64,000 bases of DNA from Spirochaetia bacterium (GTDB lineage: Bacteria > Spirochaetota > Spirochaetia > SZUA-6 > Bin103). Each line of letters starts with the position of its first letter. The first letter of the stretch is position 1. The stretch covers positions 7,360,001 through 7,424,000 of the forward strand of contig CBDBDQ010000005.1 of the NCBI GenBank assembly GCA_965203905.1, read 5' to 3'. The notes below the pieces were generated by a model. The model was not told the origin of the DNA, searched no databases, and saw nothing but the letters and a program-made list of their open reading frames with translations. Below, in pieces: positions 40,862 through 51,658 of the stretch. The position numbers were made by a program, and so were the translations under genes.

Positions 40862-41233
40862 TCACACTCGCCGCTTCTTCTGCGGACGACAGCCGTTGTG
40901 CGGTATGGGAGTAACGTTGCGGATGGCCCGGACCCGTAATCCCAGGGCACCCAGCGAACGTATGGCGGACTCGCCCCCGCCACCCGGCCCCTTGACGTAG
41001 ACGGCTACCTCCTGGAGACCGTACTCCATCGCTTTGCGGGCCGCCGTCTCAGCCGTGGTCTGGGCCGCAAACGGCGTCGACTTCTTCGCTCCCCGGAAGC
41101 CTAGTGAGCCCGCCGATGCCCAGGAAACGGCATTCCCCATGAGGTCGGTAATCGTGACAATCGTATTGTTGAAGGTAGCCTGGATATAGACGTTACCCTG
41201 ACTTACCTGTCTTCTCGCTGCTCGTTTAGCCAC
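40862..41233 (-). CDS. rpsK: 30S ribosomal protein S11
   Basis: [16 protein letters not shown] and [10 protein letters not shown]. Confidence 0.98.
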   Translation of the reverse strand: MAKRAARRQVSQGNVYIQATFNNTIVTITDLMGNAVSWASAGSLGFRGAKKSTPFAAQTTAETAARKAMEYGLQEVAVYVKGPGGGGESAIRSLGALGLRVRAIRNVTPIPHNGCRPQKKRRV

Positions 41234-41266
41234 TGTCTCTCCGTTCTGTGTCGCTCAGTCGGCCGG

Positions 41267-41647
41267 CTACTTGGCCGCTGGTGCCTTGCGTTTGCCGGCA
41301 ACGGTCTTGCGCTTGCCCTTGCGAATTCTGGCGTTGGTACGGGTCCGCTGACCGCGCACGGGAAGACCGCGGCGATGGCGAATGCCACGGTAGCAGCCGA
41401 TGTCCATCAAGCGCTTGATATGCATCGACACCTCCGTGCGGAGCCGTCCCTCTACCTGGTAGTCATTCTCGATGACCTGCCGTAAACGGGTTACCTCATC
41501 GGCGCTAAGCTCGCTCATGCGGGTCTGCGGATCCACCCCTACGGTCGCGCAAATGGTGGCCGCCGCCGACCGTCCAATGCCGAATATGTAGGTGAGAGCG
41601 ATATCGACGTGCTTATTGGGTAAGTCAATCCCGGCGATGCGTGCCAT
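41267..41647 (-). CDS. rpsM: 30S ribosomal protein S13
   Basis: [10 protein letters not shown] and [15 protein letters not shown]. Confidence 0.98.
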   Translation of the reverse strand: MARIAGIDLPNKHVDIALTYIFGIGRSAAATICATVGVDPQTRMSELSADEVTRLRQVIENDYQVEGRLRTEVSMHIKRLMDIGCYRGIRHRRGLPVRGQRTRTNARIRKGKRKTVAGKRKAPAAK

Positions 41648-41674
41648 CAGTCCCTCCTTGGAAAACGGTAGGCC

Positions 41675-41803
41675 CTAGCCACGAGCCCCCCCGCGTTGGC
41701 GCTGCTTGTGCTTGGGATTCTCGCAGACGACGCGAACCACGCCGCGGCGCCGGATCACCTTGCACTTGTTGCACATTCTCTTGACGCTTACGCGTACCTT
41801 CAT
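41675..41803 (-). CDS. rpmJ: 50S ribosomal protein L36 (Zn-binding; absent from the ORF track)
   Basis: Hand translation gives [42 protein letters not shown]. Confidence 0.97.
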   Translation of the reverse strand: MKVRVSVKRMCNKCKVIRRRGVVRVVCENPKHKQRQRGGARG

Positions 41804-41853
41804 GGTGTTGCTCCCTATACCAGCGTGACCTGCGAATCATCTGTCCTCGAGGA

Positions 41854-43176
41854 TCACAGGTTGCGTGACCGGATGCGACCCTTCTTGGTCAGTCCTTCAT
41901 GGTGATGCATCCTCAGGTGCCCCTCGATCTGGCTCATGGTATCCAGGTCCACCCCGACCATGATCAGCAGCGAGGTGCCACCCATCAGAAACGCAACCGA
42001 CGACGGAAACGCGAACAGCGCCTGGATAATTGACGGGATAATCGCGATAAACGCCAGAAACAGCGCGCCGGGCAGGATGATGCGGTTGAGGATGCGGGTC
42101 AAGTATTCGCGCATGTTCTCCGAGCTGATCCCGCGAATGGAGCCGCCATTCTCGCGAATCTGGCGTGCGATCTCGACCGGATTCAGAGTCACTTGGGTGT
42201 AAAAATATGCAAAGAAAATGATCAGCAGCGCGTAGATGATCACATACGGCACCCCATTCGGATGCAGCCACGCGGCAAACCGCGACAACCAGACTTGGGT
42301 GCTGCCGAGGTTCTGGGCAATCTGCAACGGGAAGATCAGCACGGAAGAAGCGAAGATCACGGGAATGACCCCGGATGGATTGATCTTGAAGGGGAGGTAC
42401 GCGTTCTGCGCGCCATAGACGCGTCTCCCGACCACCCGTTTGGCGTAGTTGACCGGAATCTTGCGCTGGCCCTGCTGCTCGTACACGATCAGTGCGATAA
42501 CCCCGACGAACACTCCAAACACGACGATGGCGTACACCGGATTCAGATCCTGGCGCTGGATCTGGGTGATGATAATCCAAATGGCATTGGGAATTCTGGC
42601 AACGATGCCGGCAAAGATAAGCAATGAGATGCCATTGCCGATGCCACGCTGGGTAATCTGCTCGCCGACCCACATCAGGAACACGGTACCGGCGGTTACC
42701 GTGATCATGGCGATTATGGTGTACGGCACGCGCGCCATGGTAATGGCATCGGGAATCGAGTTGGCAAACTCGGTTACCGTGAAGGACTGCACCAGACACA
42801 CCACCACGGTGCCGTAACGGGTGTAGCGCTGGATGCGCTTGCGACCGCCCTCCTGCTCCGAAATCTTCTTCAACTTGGGGAACACCATCAGCAGCAACTG
42901 CATGATGATGGAGGTGGTAATGTAGGGGACGATACCAAGCATGAACACCGAGAAATTGGTGAACGCGCCTCCCGAGAAGAAATCGAAGTAATCGGTAATG
43001 CCGACGGTGCCGGAACTCTGCTGAGCGGTAAAGAAGGCGTTCAGGGCAGTCACGTTGACCCCCGGAATGGGGAGCACCGCGCCGAGCCGGAACACCAGCA
43101 GCATGGCGACCGTAAACAGAATGCGGTCGCGCAAGTCCTTGATGCGAAATATGTCGACCAGCGGGTTCGAAGCCAT
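41854..43176 (-). CDS. secY: Preprotein translocase SecY
   Basis: LGIVPYIT.SII.QLL, GIGNGISLLIF, GVIPVIFASS and GGTSLLIMVGV. Confidence 0.98.
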   Translation of the reverse strand: MASNPLVDIFRIKDLRDRILFTVAMLLVFRLGAVLPIPGVNVTALNAFFTAQQSSGTVGITDYFDFFSGGAFTNFSVFMLGIVPYITTSIIMQLLLMVFPKLKKISEQEGGRKRIQRYTRYGTVVVCLVQSFTVTEFANSIPDAITMARVPYTIIAMITVTAGTVFLMWVGEQITQRGIGNGISLLIFAGIVARIPNAIWIIITQIQRQDLNPVYAIVVFGVFVGVIALIVYEQQGQRKIPVNYAKRVVGRRVYGAQNAYLPFKINPSGVIPVIFASSVLIFPLQIAQNLGSTQVWLSRFAAWLHPNGVPYVIIYALLIIFFAYFYTQVTLNPVEIARQIRENGGSIRGISSENMREYLTRILNRIILPGALFLAFIAIIPSIIQALFAFPSSVAFLMGGTSLLIMVGVDLDTMSQIEGHLRMHHHEGLTKKGRIRSRNL

Positions 43177-43181
43177 TCCTG

Positions 43182-43625
43182 CTACACCAACGTCACGCTG
43201 CCGCCGGCGGCTTCGATCTTGGCGCGGGCGCTGCCCGACACCTGTGCCACCCGCACCTCCAGCGCGGTAGCGATGTCGCCCTGGCCCAGGATCTTGACCG
43301 CCTCGCTCGGCTTCCTGATGACGCCCCGCTCGGCCAACGTCTGCGCCGAAACCGTAGCGCCCGCCTCAAACCGTGTCAGAGCCTCCAGGTTGATCACCGT
43401 GTACTCCGAGCGAAACAGGCTGTTGGAAAATCCGCGCCTGGCGATGCGACGGTACAAGGGCATCTGGCCTCCCTCGAACCCAGGCCGCACGCCGCCGCCG
43501 GAGCGGGCATTCTGGCCCTTGGTGCCACGACCGGCGGTGCCGCCACGCCCGCTCCCGGCCCCGCGACCCACGACGCGCCGCGAGCGGGTGGCTCCCGCCG
43601 GCCGGCGCGGTCCGTCCGTACTCAC
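43182..43625 (-). CDS. rplO: 50S ribosomal protein L15
   Basis: GRG.GSG.G.T.GRG.KGQ..RSG and GFEGGQMPLYRR; GTGA overlap start. Confidence 0.96.
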   Translation of the reverse strand: MSTDGPRRPAGATRSRRVVGRGAGSGRGGTAGRGTKGQNARSGGGVRPGFEGGQMPLYRRIARRGFSNSLFRSEYTVINLEALTRFEAGATVSAQTLAERGVIRKPSEAVKILGQGDIATALEVRVAQVSGSARAKIEAAGGSVTLV

Positions 43626-43837
43626 GAATCCTCTCCCGCGTCGGACTCCACGGCAACCAGATACGACACCTGCGCCACCATCCCGAGGATCTCCGGGCGT
43701 GCCGACTGCCGCACGCTCTGGCCTACCCGGTGCAGGCCCAGCGCCGCCAGGGTACGCCGGTGGCGGGGCTTGCGCCCCGCGGGACTCCGTACCAGGCGGA
43801 TGCGCAGCGTCTCCGGCACCGGATCGCTCACGGTCAC
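43622..43837 (-). CDS. rpmD: 50S ribosomal protein L30
   Basis: LRIRLVRS..G......TL.ALGL; lies between rpsE and rplO; start 43837 or 43831. Confidence 0.93.
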   Translation of the reverse strand: MTVSDPVPETLRIRLVRSPAGRKPRHRRTLAALGLHRVGQSVRQSARPEILGMVAQVSYLVAVESDAGEDS

Positions 43838-44355
43838 CCCCACAGCTCGCGCACCGTCTTGCCGCGGTTGGCGGCAACAGTACGGGCATCCATGATCCGT
43901 TCGAAGCCGGCGAACACCGCCTTGACGATGTTCATGGAGTTCTGTGAACCGAGAGACTTGCTCAGTACGTCGGTCACACCGGCCGCCTCCATCACCGCGC
44001 GAACCGGGCCACCGGCGATAATCCCGGTGCCCGGCGCGGCCGGCCGGAGCAGGACGTTGGAGCCCTTGAATATGCCGTTGACGGCGTGCGGCAAGGTCGA
44101 GTTGCGGCGCGGCACCTGTACCATGTTGCGACGCGCACGCTCACTGCTCTTGCGAATGGCGTCCGCAACGTAGTTGGCCTTGCCGAACCCGTAGCCTACC
44201 CGGCCCTTGCGATCGCCGACCACCACCAGGGCCGAAAAGGAAAAGCGGCGCCCACCCTTCACCACCTTGGCGATGCGGTTCAGACGCACCAGTTTCTCGA
44301 ACATATCGCTGTCGCGGCGTTCGTGGAAGCCGCGGCCACCCATCCGACTACTCAT
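43834..44355 (-). CDS. rpsE: 30S ribosomal protein S5
   Basis: KVVKGGRRFSFSALVVVGD and PAAPGTGIIAGG. Confidence 0.98.
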   Translation of the reverse strand: MSSRMGGRGFHERRDSDMFEKLVRLNRIAKVVKGGRRFSFSALVVVGDRKGRVGYGFGKANYVADAIRKSSERARRNMVQVPRRNSTLPHAVNGIFKGSNVLLRPAAPGTGIIAGGPVRAVMEAAGVTDVLSKSLGSQNSMNIVKAVFAGFERIMDARTVAANRGKTVRELWG

Positions 44356-44377
44356 GGTCTGTTGTTCCAGCCTGGAA

Positions 44378-44758
44378 TCATAACGTTATTCCCGCCTTGC
44401 GTACGGCGTCCGCCAACGAGCGTACGATGCCGTGGTAGGCGTATCCATTGCGATCAAACACCACCCCGGTGATCTGCCGCTCGCGCAGGCGCTCTCCGAC
44501 CGCCGCGCCGAGACGAGCCGCTCCGGCAACCGAGTTGTCGATGTCGCGCAACGCGCGCTCGCGGTTGGAAGCCGCCAACAGGGTATGGCCGCGGAGGTCG
44601 TCTACGACTTGGACGTAGGTATAGCGATTGCTCTTGTACACCGTAAGCCGCGGCCGTTCCGCGGTGCCGCGAACCCGCTGCCGGATACGCAGCTTGCGCC
44701 GCAGCCAACGCCGGCGCTTGGCCTGCGCCGCGCTGCGGCCCGTTGCGCCACGGCTCAT
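44378..44758 (-). CDS. rplR: 50S ribosomal protein L18
   Basis: GTAERPRL.VYKSN and VFDRNGY.YHG. Confidence 0.97.
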   Translation of the reverse strand: MSRGATGRSAAQAKRRRWLRRKLRIRQRVRGTAERPRLTVYKSNRYTYVQVVDDLRGHTLLAASNRERALRDIDNSVAGAARLGAAVGERLRERQITGVVFDRNGYAYHGIVRSLADAVRKAGITL

Positions 44759-45300
44759 GCGCCAACCACCATCGCCTTGCCCGCCTTGCGGCGCACGTGC
44801 TCGTTCTGGTATCTCACACCCTTTCCCTTGTAGGGCTCAGGCGGGCGGAAGGCGCGGATCTCGGCCGCCACCTGCCCCACGGCCTGACGGTCGGCTCCGG
44901 AAACCGCGATCCGATTACCACCTTCCACTTCGATGGTGATCCCCTCGCGAAACGGGTAGCTGACAGGATTCGAGTAGCCAAGGTTGAGCACCAGCGTAGT
45001 GCCCTGGACCTCGGCCCGGTAGCCAACCCCGTTGATCTCCAGCACCTTGCGGAACCCGGTGGACACGCCGGTCACCATGTTCCAGATCAGCTTGCGATAC
45101 AGACCGTGCAACGCCTTGGTGCGCTTGGCCTCATCGCCGCGGGTAACGGTGATTCGATCCTGCTCCATACTCACACTGATATTGCCGCTGGTCTGCAGAT
45201 CCAGGGCGCCTTTCGGCCCCTTGGCAGCGACGCTGTTGCCGGTGATGGTGACCGACACGCCCTGCGGCACGGTCACCGGCACCACCCCTATTCGCGACAC
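44755..45300 (-). CDS. rplF: 50S ribosomal protein L6
   Basis: MSRIG, GVGYRA and RPPEPYKGKG. Confidence 0.98.
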   Translation of the reverse strand: MSRIGVVPVTVPQGVSVTITGNSVAAKGPKGALDLQTSGNISVSMEQDRITVTRGDEAKRTKALHGLYRKLIWNMVTGVSTGFRKVLEINGVGYRAEVQGTTLVLNLGYSNPVSYPFREGITIEVEGGNRIAVSGADRQAVGQVAAEIRAFRPPEPYKGKGVRYQNEHVRRKAGKAMVVGA

Positions 45301-45304
45301 AGGC

Positions 45305-45703
45305 CTACCATACCTTGCAGATCAGCTCGCCACCGGACTGGCGCTCCCGCGCCTTGCGCCCGGTGGTGACTCCGGAAGAGGTCGACACTACCAGCGTGCC
45401 GTAGCCGTTCAACACCCGTGGCATGGAGCGGTACCCGGAGTAGACCCGGCGGCCGGGCTTGGAAATCCGCTCGATCCCCTGAATGATCGGTTGCAGCTGC
45501 CCGTCGTACTTGAGAAACACGCAGATGCTGGTGTGCCCGTCCACGTTGATCTTCTTGAAGTTCTTGATGTAGCCCTCGATCTTGAGAATCTTGATGATCT
45601 CCAACTTGATCTGAGACGGCCGGATGTTGACACTCTCGTGCCCCGCTGCACTCGCATTCTTGATCTTCGCGAGCATATCGGAAATGGGATCGGTAACAGC
45701 CAT
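45305..45703 (-). CDS. rpsH: 30S ribosomal protein S8
   Basis: [20 protein letters not shown] and GGELIC.VW. Confidence 0.98.
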   Translation of the reverse strand: MAVTDPISDMLAKIKNASAAGHESVNIRPSQIKLEIIKILKIEGYIKNFKKINVDGHTSICVFLKYDGQLQPIIQGIERISKPGRRVYSGYRSMPRVLNGYGTLVVSTSSGVTTGRKARERQSGGELICKVW

Positions 45704-45714
45704 CGGTGCCCTCG

Positions 45715-45900
45715 CTACCAACTCGACTTCGTAACGCCGGGGATTTTTCCGGTGCTGGCGAGGTCGCGGAAACAGATTCGGCAGAGCTCGAATTTACGCA
45801 TATAACCACGCGCGCGACCACACAACCGACATCGATTTACGGCGCGCACCTTGTACTTGGGCTTGCGCTGGGCCTTGACGATGAGAGACTTGCGCGCCAT
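45715..45900 (-). CDS. rpsZ: 30S ribosomal protein S14, Zn-binding type Z
   Basis: 61 aa; RCRLCGR...LCRICFR, ending KSSW. Confidence 0.96.
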   Translation of the reverse strand: MARKSLIVKAQRKPKYKVRAVNRCRLCGRARGYMRKFELCRICFRDLASTGKIPGVTKSSW

Positions 45901-46505
45901 CAGTTGGCCTCCGGACGTTGAAATGGCATGCCCAGGGCAGCCAGCAGGCTACGGGCCTCGCGATCGGTCGGAGCCGTGGTGACGATGGCGATGTTGAGCC
46001 CGGAGATCCGCTCCACCTTGTCGTAGTCGATTTCCGGAAAGATGGTCTGGTCGTCCACTCCCATGGCGTAGTTGCCATGCCCATCGAACGCATTGATGCT
46101 GCAGCCGCGGAAGTCCTTGATGCGCGGAATGGCCACGTTCACCAGGCGGTCCAGGAACTCGTACATGTGATTGCCGCGGAGCGTGACCATCGCGCCGATC
46201 TCCATGCCCTGTCGAATCTTGAACGCGGCGATTGACTTCCGTGCCTTGGTGCGCACCGCACGCAACCCGGTTATCTGGGTAAGCTCCGCCGCCGCGGTAT
46301 CCAGCAGCTTCTTGGTGTTCACGGCCTCGCCCACCCCGGCGCTCAGCACGATCTTCTCCAGCCTCGGAGTCTGCATCGGCGACTGGTAGCTGAACTCCTC
46401 GCGCAACGCCTGCGCCACCTGGGCACGGTAGCGCGCCTTGAGCCGTGGGGTGTAGCCGGCGGGGACGCTCGGCGCGGTCTGCTTCTTCTTGCTCTTCTTG
46501 CTCAC
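45900..46505 (-). CDS. rplE: 50S ribosomal protein L5
   Basis: [18 protein letters not shown] and IFPEI.YD; GTGA overlap start; short Lys-rich N-terminal extension. Confidence 0.97.
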   Translation of the reverse strand: MSKKSKKKQTAPSVPAGYTPRLKARYRAQVAQALREEFSYQSPMQTPRLEKIVLSAGVGEAVNTKKLLDTAAAELTQITGLRAVRTKARKSIAAFKIRQGMEIGAMVTLRGNHMYEFLDRLVNVAIPRIKDFRGCSINAFDGHGNYAMGVDDQTIFPEIDYDKVERISGLNIAIVTTAPTDREARSLLAALGMPFQRPEAN

Positions 46506-46822
46506 AACGACTCTCCGCACTTGCGGCAGACGCGTACCTTCTCCGCGTTGCGCATCTCGTAGCCGATACGGGTGATGCCGCAGCGCCGGCACACGATCAT
46601 CACGCTCGCCCAGCTCACGCTCGCCTCCACATCCGTGAGGCCGCCCTGCTGCGGCTGGTTGGGATTCTTGGACCGCACCGCCTTTTTCACCATGTTGGCA
46701 CCTTCCACCCACACCCGTTGGCGCTTGCGATCCAGGCGCAGCACCCGACCCTCGCGGCCGCGCGAGCGCCCGCTCACGATGCGCACCTGGTCACCGGTCT
46801 TGAGCTTGCCGCCGACTGCCAT
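46502..46822 (-). CDS. rplX: 50S ribosomal protein L24
   Basis: KOW motif K.GD.V..VSGR.RG..G.V; C-terminal CxxC...CxxC. Confidence 0.96.
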   Translation of the reverse strand: MAVGGKLKTGDQVRIVSGRSRGREGRVLRLDRKRQRVWVEGANMVKKAVRSKNPNQPQQGGLTDVEASVSWASVMIVCRRCGITRIGYEMRNAEKVRVCRKCGESL

Positions 46823-46823
46823 C

Positions 46824-47192
46824 CTACAACACCTCCGGAGCGAGCGACACAATCTTCATGTAGTCACGCTCGCGCAACTCGCGGGCTACCGGACCGAAGA
46901 TACGTTTTCCGGCCGGGTTACCGGCGGGGTCCACCAGCACGCACGCGTTGTCGTCGAAACGAATGTAGGTACCGTCGCCCCGCTTCAGCTCCTTCCGGGT
47001 GCGCACCACCACGGCGCGGCTCATCGAGCCCTTCTTGATCGCGCCGCCCGGCAGAGCAACCTTCACCGCCACCACCACCGTATCGCCAACCGAAGCGGAG
47101 CGGCGCCGTGACCCACCGAGGATCTTGATGCACTGTACCCGCTTGGCTCCGCTGTTGTCCGCGACGTTGAGATAGCTCATCATCTGAATCAT
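46824..47192 (-). CDS. rplN: 50S ribosomal protein L14
   Basis: [15 protein letters not shown] and [10 protein letters not shown]. Confidence 0.98.
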   Translation of the reverse strand: MIQMMSYLNVADNSGAKRVQCIKILGGSRRRSASVGDTVVVAVKVALPGGAIKKGSMSRAVVVRTRKELKRGDGTYIRFDDNACVLVDPAGNPAGKRIFGPVARELRERDYMKIVSLAPEVL

Positions 47193-47216
47193 GATCGTCC
47201 CGCCCCGACAGCGTCC

Positions 47217-47786
47217 CTAGCCGGCCCGCTTGACAATTTCGACCAGCCGCCAGCGCTTCTCTCTGCTCAGAGGACGGCTCTCCACCACCCGCACCAGATC
47301 GCCGACCTGACAAACGTTGTCCGGGTCGTGAGCCTTCAGCTTCTTGGTCAAGGTGATGTACTTCTTGTAGAGGCGGTGTTTCTTGCGGCGGGAAATGCTC
47401 ACCACGATAGTGCGCTCGCCCTTGTCGCTGACCACGTTGCCGGTGAGCGTCCGTTTGCGCCGCGGTCGGGAAACGGGCCCGGGCTCGTCATCCGGGGCTT
47501 CCGCCGCGCCTTCGACGGCTACGGGGACAGCGGCCGGCTCGGCGTCAGCCTCCGGCTCGGCCGCCGCTTCCACGACGGAAGCGTCCGCTGCGGCGGCATC
47601 CGTAGCGGCCGGTGCCGCCGCCTCCACTTCGGCGCTCGCTACTGCGTCGGCCGCGGCCTCCTCTGCCTGGTCGGGTGCTGCCGCTTCGACCGGGGCATCC
47701 GCTGCGCCGGGATCGACCGGAACCGGCTGCGCGCCCTCGGCGGCATCACCCTGCGACTGCTCGGGGACGTCTAACCCTCTTTCCAT
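47217..47786 (-). CDS. rpsQ: 30S ribosomal protein S17 with about 105-aa acidic N-terminal extension
   Basis: C-terminal core G.VVSDK...TIVV...H.LY.K and ESRPLS..KRW; ATG 1 nt after the rpmC stop. Confidence 0.95.
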   Translation of the reverse strand: MERGLDVPEQSQGDAAEGAQPVPVDPGAADAPVEAAAPDQAEEAAADAVASAEVEAAAPAATDAAAADASVVEAAAEPEADAEPAAVPVAVEGAAEAPDDEPGPVSRPRRKRTLTGNVVSDKGERTIVVSISRRKKHRLYKKYITLTKKLKAHDPDNVCQVGDLVRVVESRPLSREKRWRLVEIVKRAG

Positions 47787-47787
47787 G

Positions 47788-48033
47788 TCACTCCTCGGCC
47801 TCAGCCTGGTCAGCGCCGGCCGCCGGGATGGCCTGAGGCTGCCGGATCTTCAGATCGTACTCGTGCACGATGGTATTCAAACGCGCCAGTTTACGTCTCA
47901 AAGTGCGTAGCTGCAAGGGGTTGTCCACGTGCCCCACCACCAGGTTGAAACGCACGTCACGATACTGCTTGCGCAACTCGTCACGCCGCAGCAGCAACTC
48001 GCCGTAGGCGAGGTCGTTGAACGATTCCTTCAT
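47788..48033 (-). CDS. rpmC: 50S ribosomal protein L29
   Basis: MKESFNDL...EL and RF....G..DNP...R..RR..AR..T; lies between rplP and rpsQ. Confidence 0.95.
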   Translation of the reverse strand: MKESFNDLAYGELLLRRDELRKQYRDVRFNLVVGHVDNPLQLRTLRRKLARLNTIVHEYDLKIRQPQAIPAAGADQAEAEE

Positions 48034-48041
48034 CTGCTCCG

Positions 48042-48461
48042 CTACTCTTCCAGGTTGCGCCGCACCAGCAGCTTGGTCTTGATAGGCAGCTTGCTGCCCG
48101 CCAAGGCGATCGCTTCGCTGGCCGCCTCTCGTGGCACGCCCGCCAGCTCGAACAGCACCGTGCCCGGCTTCACCGGGGCCACCCAGTACTCGGGCGCACC
48201 CTTGCCCTTGCCCATCCTGGTTTCCGCCGGCTTCTTGGTGTAAGGCTTGTCGGGGAAAATCCGGATCCACACCTTGCCGCCGCGCCGGATGTGACGGGTC
48301 ATCGCGATTCGGGCAGCTTCGATCTGGCGATTGGTGATCAGTTTGGGCTCCAGCGCCATGAGTCCGTAGTCGCCGAACGAAACCTCGTTCTTGCGCGTGG
48401 CGTTGCCCCGGATCCGGCCGCGCTGTCGCTTCCGGAACTTCTCTCGTTTGGGACTGAGCAT
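48042..48461 (-). CDS. rplP: 50S ribosomal protein L16
   Basis: MLSPKR.KFRK and [12 protein letters not shown]. Confidence 0.98.
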   Translation of the reverse strand: MLSPKREKFRKRQRGRIRGNATRKNEVSFGDYGLMALEPKLITNRQIEAARIAMTRHIRRGGKVWIRIFPDKPYTKKPAETRMGKGKGAPEYWVAPVKPGTVLFELAGVPREAASEAIALAGSKLPIKTKLLVRRNLEE

Positions 48462-48466
48462 GATCG

Positions 48467-49165
48467 CTACAACCGGCCGCCGCGGCCGCGCTGGCGGCGC
48501 AACAGCTGCCCGGCATCCTCCTTGGTCTCACGTCCGAACAGCTCACCGTTGAAGACCCAGACCTTGACGCCGATGGTACCCATCGCGGTCAACGACTCCG
48601 CGAAGCCGTAGTCGATGTCGGCACGGAACGTGTGCAGCGGGATGCGTCCCTCCTTGCGCTGCTCGCTACGCGACATCTCGGAGCCACCGAGCCGGCCGCC
48701 GATCTTGATCTTGATGCCCTGCACCCCGGCTCGCATCGCATTCTGCACCGCCATGTTGAGCGAGCGGCGGAACGAGGCCTTGGTACGCAGCTGGCGCGCG
48801 ACGTTCATGGCGATCAGCTGCGCGTTCACCTCGGGGCGGTGTATCTCCTTGATCTTGATCTGGATCTTCTTGCCGACCAGCTTCTGCAGCTTGCTGCCGA
48901 GACGCTCGATGTTGGCGCCCTTGGCCCCGATCACCACGCCCGGCCGCCCGGTGTGGATGATGATCGTGATCCGCTGCGGATGACGAATGATCTCCACGTC
49001 CGAGATGTCCGCCCCGCGGGTGTCCGGCGAGTGCTCGATTACCCGGCGCAACGCCAGATCTTCATGCAGCGTCTTGGCATAGTCTCGAGGATCCACGTAC
49101 CACTTCGACTTCCAGGTGCGGTTGATCCCCAGTCGCATGCCGATGGGGTTTATCTTCTGGCCCAT
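48467..49165 (-). CDS. rpsC: 30S ribosomal protein S3
   Basis: MGQKINP.G.RLG, RPG.VIG and GRIPLHT.RADIDY. Confidence 0.98.
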   Translation of the reverse strand: MGQKINPIGMRLGINRTWKSKWYVDPRDYAKTLHEDLALRRVIEHSPDTRGADISDVEIIRHPQRITIIIHTGRPGVVIGAKGANIERLGSKLQKLVGKKIQIKIKEIHRPEVNAQLIAMNVARQLRTKASFRRSLNMAVQNAMRAGVQGIKIKIGGRLGGSEMSRSEQRKEGRIPLHTFRADIDYGFAESLTAMGTIGVKVWVFNGELFGRETKEDAGQLLRRQRGRGGRL

Positions 49166-49181
49166 CGCGATCTCCTCGTCA

Positions 49182-49547
49182 TCACTCCTCGTCCCCGTCC
49201 AATTGTGCGACCGCCACCACGATGTGGCACATCCGCTTCAGCAAGCGGTCGGCACGGCCCCGCCCACGTACCCAGATGCGTTTCATGCGCGGCGCGTCAT
49301 TCACCTCCACGTGGCTGACGTAGAGCGTCTCCTCATCCAGGTTCTCGTTCTGAACCAGCGCGTTGTCGGCCGCCGACTTGACCACCTTGCGCAGCAACTT
49401 CGCGCCCTTGTGGGGCAGCGCATCCAGCAGTGCCAGCGCCTCCACGTAGGGCTTGCGGCGCACCGAGTCGGCCAGCGGGCGTACCTTGCGCGGTGAAATG
49501 CGCAGGTAGCGGGCGCTCGCGGTATGCCCCTTGGCGGCGCTGATCAC
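49182..49547 (-). CDS. rplV: 50S ribosomal protein L22
   Basis: RISPRK.R, KSA..NA and R.RGRA....KR..HI. Confidence 0.97.
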   Translation of the reverse strand: MISAAKGHTASARYLRISPRKVRPLADSVRRKPYVEALALLDALPHKGAKLLRKVVKSAADNALVQNENLDEETLYVSHVEVNDAPRMKRIWVRGRGRADRLLKRMCHIVVAVAQLDGDEE

Positions 49548-49825
49548 CGGCGTACCGCCTTGCGGTCGGACCCGGCATGGCCGCGGAACACGCGCGTCGG
49601 AGCAAACTCGCCCAGTTTGTGGCCGACCAGATTCTCAGTGACGTAGACCGGAATCCAGGTCTTGCCATTGTAGACCGAGATCGTCAGCCCCACCATCTCC
49701 GGAATGATCGTGGAAGTGCGCGAATAGGTCCGAATCATGCGCTTCTCGCCGCTCCGGTTGAGCTCCAGGATCCGCTGGTACAGCTTGCGCGCGATGAACG
49801 GCCCCTTCTTGATCGATCGTGCCAT
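49544..49825 (-). CDS. rpsS: 30S ribosomal protein S19
   Basis: RSIKKGPF and [12 protein letters not shown]. Confidence 0.98.
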   Translation of the reverse strand: MARSIKKGPFIARKLYQRILELNRSGEKRMIRTYSRTSTIIPEMVGLTISVYNGKTWIPVYVTENLVGHKLGEFAPTRVFRGHAGSDRKAVRR

Positions 49826-49831
49826 ACGCGA

Positions 49832-50665
49832 CTACTTCCTTCCCTTGCGCCGCGTCACGATGAACGCATCCGAAGCCTTGCGGCGGCGCCGCGTCTTGGC
49901 TCCCTTGGTCGGTTTGCCCCAGGCGGACACCGGGTGGCGTCCACCCGAACTCTTGCCCTCGCCGCCGCCGTGCGGGTGATCCACGGGATTCATCGCCACG
50001 CCACGCACCTTGGGGCGGTGTCCAAGCCAGCGCGCGCGTCCGGCCTTGCCGAGCGAGGTGTTCATGTGATCCTGATTGCCCACCTCGCCGATCGACGCCA
50101 TGCACTCGTGAAACACCATCCGCACCTCACCCGACGGCAGCCGCAGGGTTACGTAGTCGCCCTCCTTGGCGACCAGGGTGGCACGCCCCCCCGCGGCGCG
50201 TGCGAGCTGCCCGCCACGGCCCAGGGCGAGCTCCACGTTGTGAACCGTCATGCCGAGAGGAATCTCTTTCAAAGGCAGCGCGTTACCCACCTCGATTGCC
50301 GCCTTGGGACCGCTCATCACGGCGCCTCCCACGGTCAGGCCGCGCGGCGCCAGCATGTAACGCTTTTCGCCGTCCGCGTAGCACACCAGCGCCAGGTTGG
50401 CGGAGCGATTGGGGTCGTAGCCCACCGCCACGACGGTGCCCGGCACCCCCAGCTTGTCACGCCGGAAGTCGACCACCCGGTAGCGGCGCTTGTGGCGGCC
50501 ACCGCGCCGGCGCACGCTGATGCGCCCGCCGGCCCCTCGGCCCGCACGGTTTCCCAGCGGCCCCAGCAGAGCCTTGACGTCGGCATCTCCCTGCAGTTCG
50601 GCGAAGTCGGAACCGGTGGCGAAGCGACTGCCGGGAGTGATCGGCTTGCTCTTCTTCAGCGGCAC
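49832..50665 (-). CDS. rplB: 50S ribosomal protein L2
   Basis: YDPNRSA and [17 protein letters not shown]. Confidence 0.98.
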   Translation of the reverse strand: MPLKKSKPITPGSRFATGSDFAELQGDADVKALLGPLGNRAGRGAGGRISVRRRGGRHKRRYRVVDFRRDKLGVPGTVVAVGYDPNRSANLALVCYADGEKRYMLAPRGLTVGGAVMSGPKAAIEVGNALPLKEIPLGMTVHNVELALGRGGQLARAAGGRATLVAKEGDYVTLRLPSGEVRMVFHECMASIGEVGNQDHMNTSLGKAGRARWLGHRPKVRGVAMNPVDHPHGGGEGKSSGGRHPVSAWGKPTKGAKTRRRRKASDAFIVTRRKGRK

Positions 50666-50708
50666 TTGAGATTCCCCGGCGGTTCCGCACCACGAATTTC
50701 GGTCACGG

Positions 50709-50990
50709 TCAGGCTCCCTCGAAAATCTGAATGCTCTCGCCCGGCGGCAGCGTGATGATCGCCTTCTTCCAACTCGAACGATGCCCGGCGCGATAGCGCA
50801 GACGCTTCGGTTTGCGCGCCACGTTGATGATGTTGCACTTTATCGGATGGACATCGAACGCCGCCCGCACCGCCGCAACAATCTGCATCTTGTTGGCACG
50901 GGCATCCACCCGGAAGGCGTACTTGCGCGCGCCGCGCTGCTCGTTGGTCTTCTCGGTGACCACCGGTGCGATCAGGACATCGGATCTCAT
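50709..50990 (-). CDS. rplW: 50S ribosomal protein L23
   Basis: PVVTEK, F.V...ANK..I and WKKAIITL; ATGA overlap start. Confidence 0.97.
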   Translation of the reverse strand: MRSDVLIAPVVTEKTNEQRGARKYAFRVDARANKMQIVAAVRAAFDVHPIKCNIINVARKPKRLRYRAGHRSSWKKAIITLPPGESIQIFEGA

Positions 50991-51658
50991 GTGTCCTCCC
51001 CGGCAGCCACGGCCGCCGCCGGCTCGACCGCGGCGGCGCCGCTCAGCAGCACCGCGAGCTTGTCGGCCACCTCCGGCGACATCAGGATCCGCTCGCTGTA
51101 GTACAGATCGTGCGCGCTCACCGTGTCGTAGGCGCGCAGCCGCAACCACGGAATGTTGCGGCCCGCCCGGAGCAGCGACTCACCGGCGCCGCTCAGCAGC
51201 CACACGCTGCGCTCGCCACCGGTGATCGGCTGGAGCTGCCGTACCAACTCCTTGGTCTTGCCGCTCTCCACGGTGACGCCGTCCACCACCGTTACGCGCG
51301 CTTCGCGCACTTTCAGGGTGAGGATCGAGCACATCGCCCGGCGCTTGGCCTTGCGCGGAATCCGATAGCGGTAACTGCGTGGGCTGGGGCCGAAGATAAC
51401 CCCGCCGCCGGTCCACAACGGAGACTTGACGTCGCCGGCACGGGCCCGGCCGGTACCCTTCTGGCGCCACGGCTTGCGCCCGGTTCCGCGCACCTGGCTG
51501 CGGCTCTTGGTGGCGGCGGTTCCGACCCGGCGATTGGCGAGCTCGTTGCGTATGGCGTGATAGATGGCGCCCTCGCTCACCTCCACGCCGAAGATATCGT
51601 CGGCGAGCTCCAGCTCGCCGCGCGGCTGGCCGTCGGCACCGATTATCTGCGTCTTCAT
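50987..51658 (-). CDS. rplD: 50S ribosomal protein L4
   Basis: [14 protein letters not shown]...SP.W.GGG..FGP. Confidence 0.98.
   Translation of the reverse strand: MKTQIIGADGQPRGELELADDIFGVEVSEGAIYHAIRNELANRRVGTAATKSRSQVRGTGRKPWRQKGTGRARAGDVKSPLWTGGGVIFGPSPRSYRYRIPRKAKRRAMCSILTLKVREARVTVVDGVTVESGKTKELVRQLQPITGGERSVWLLSGAGESLLRAGRNIPWLRLRAYDTVSAHDLYYSERILMSPEVADKLAVLLSGAAAVEPAAAVAAGEDT

Noticed and set aside
41804-41853. Missing adk, map and infA between secY and rpmJ
   Set aside because: Normal arrangement in many spirochetes; not a deletion signal.
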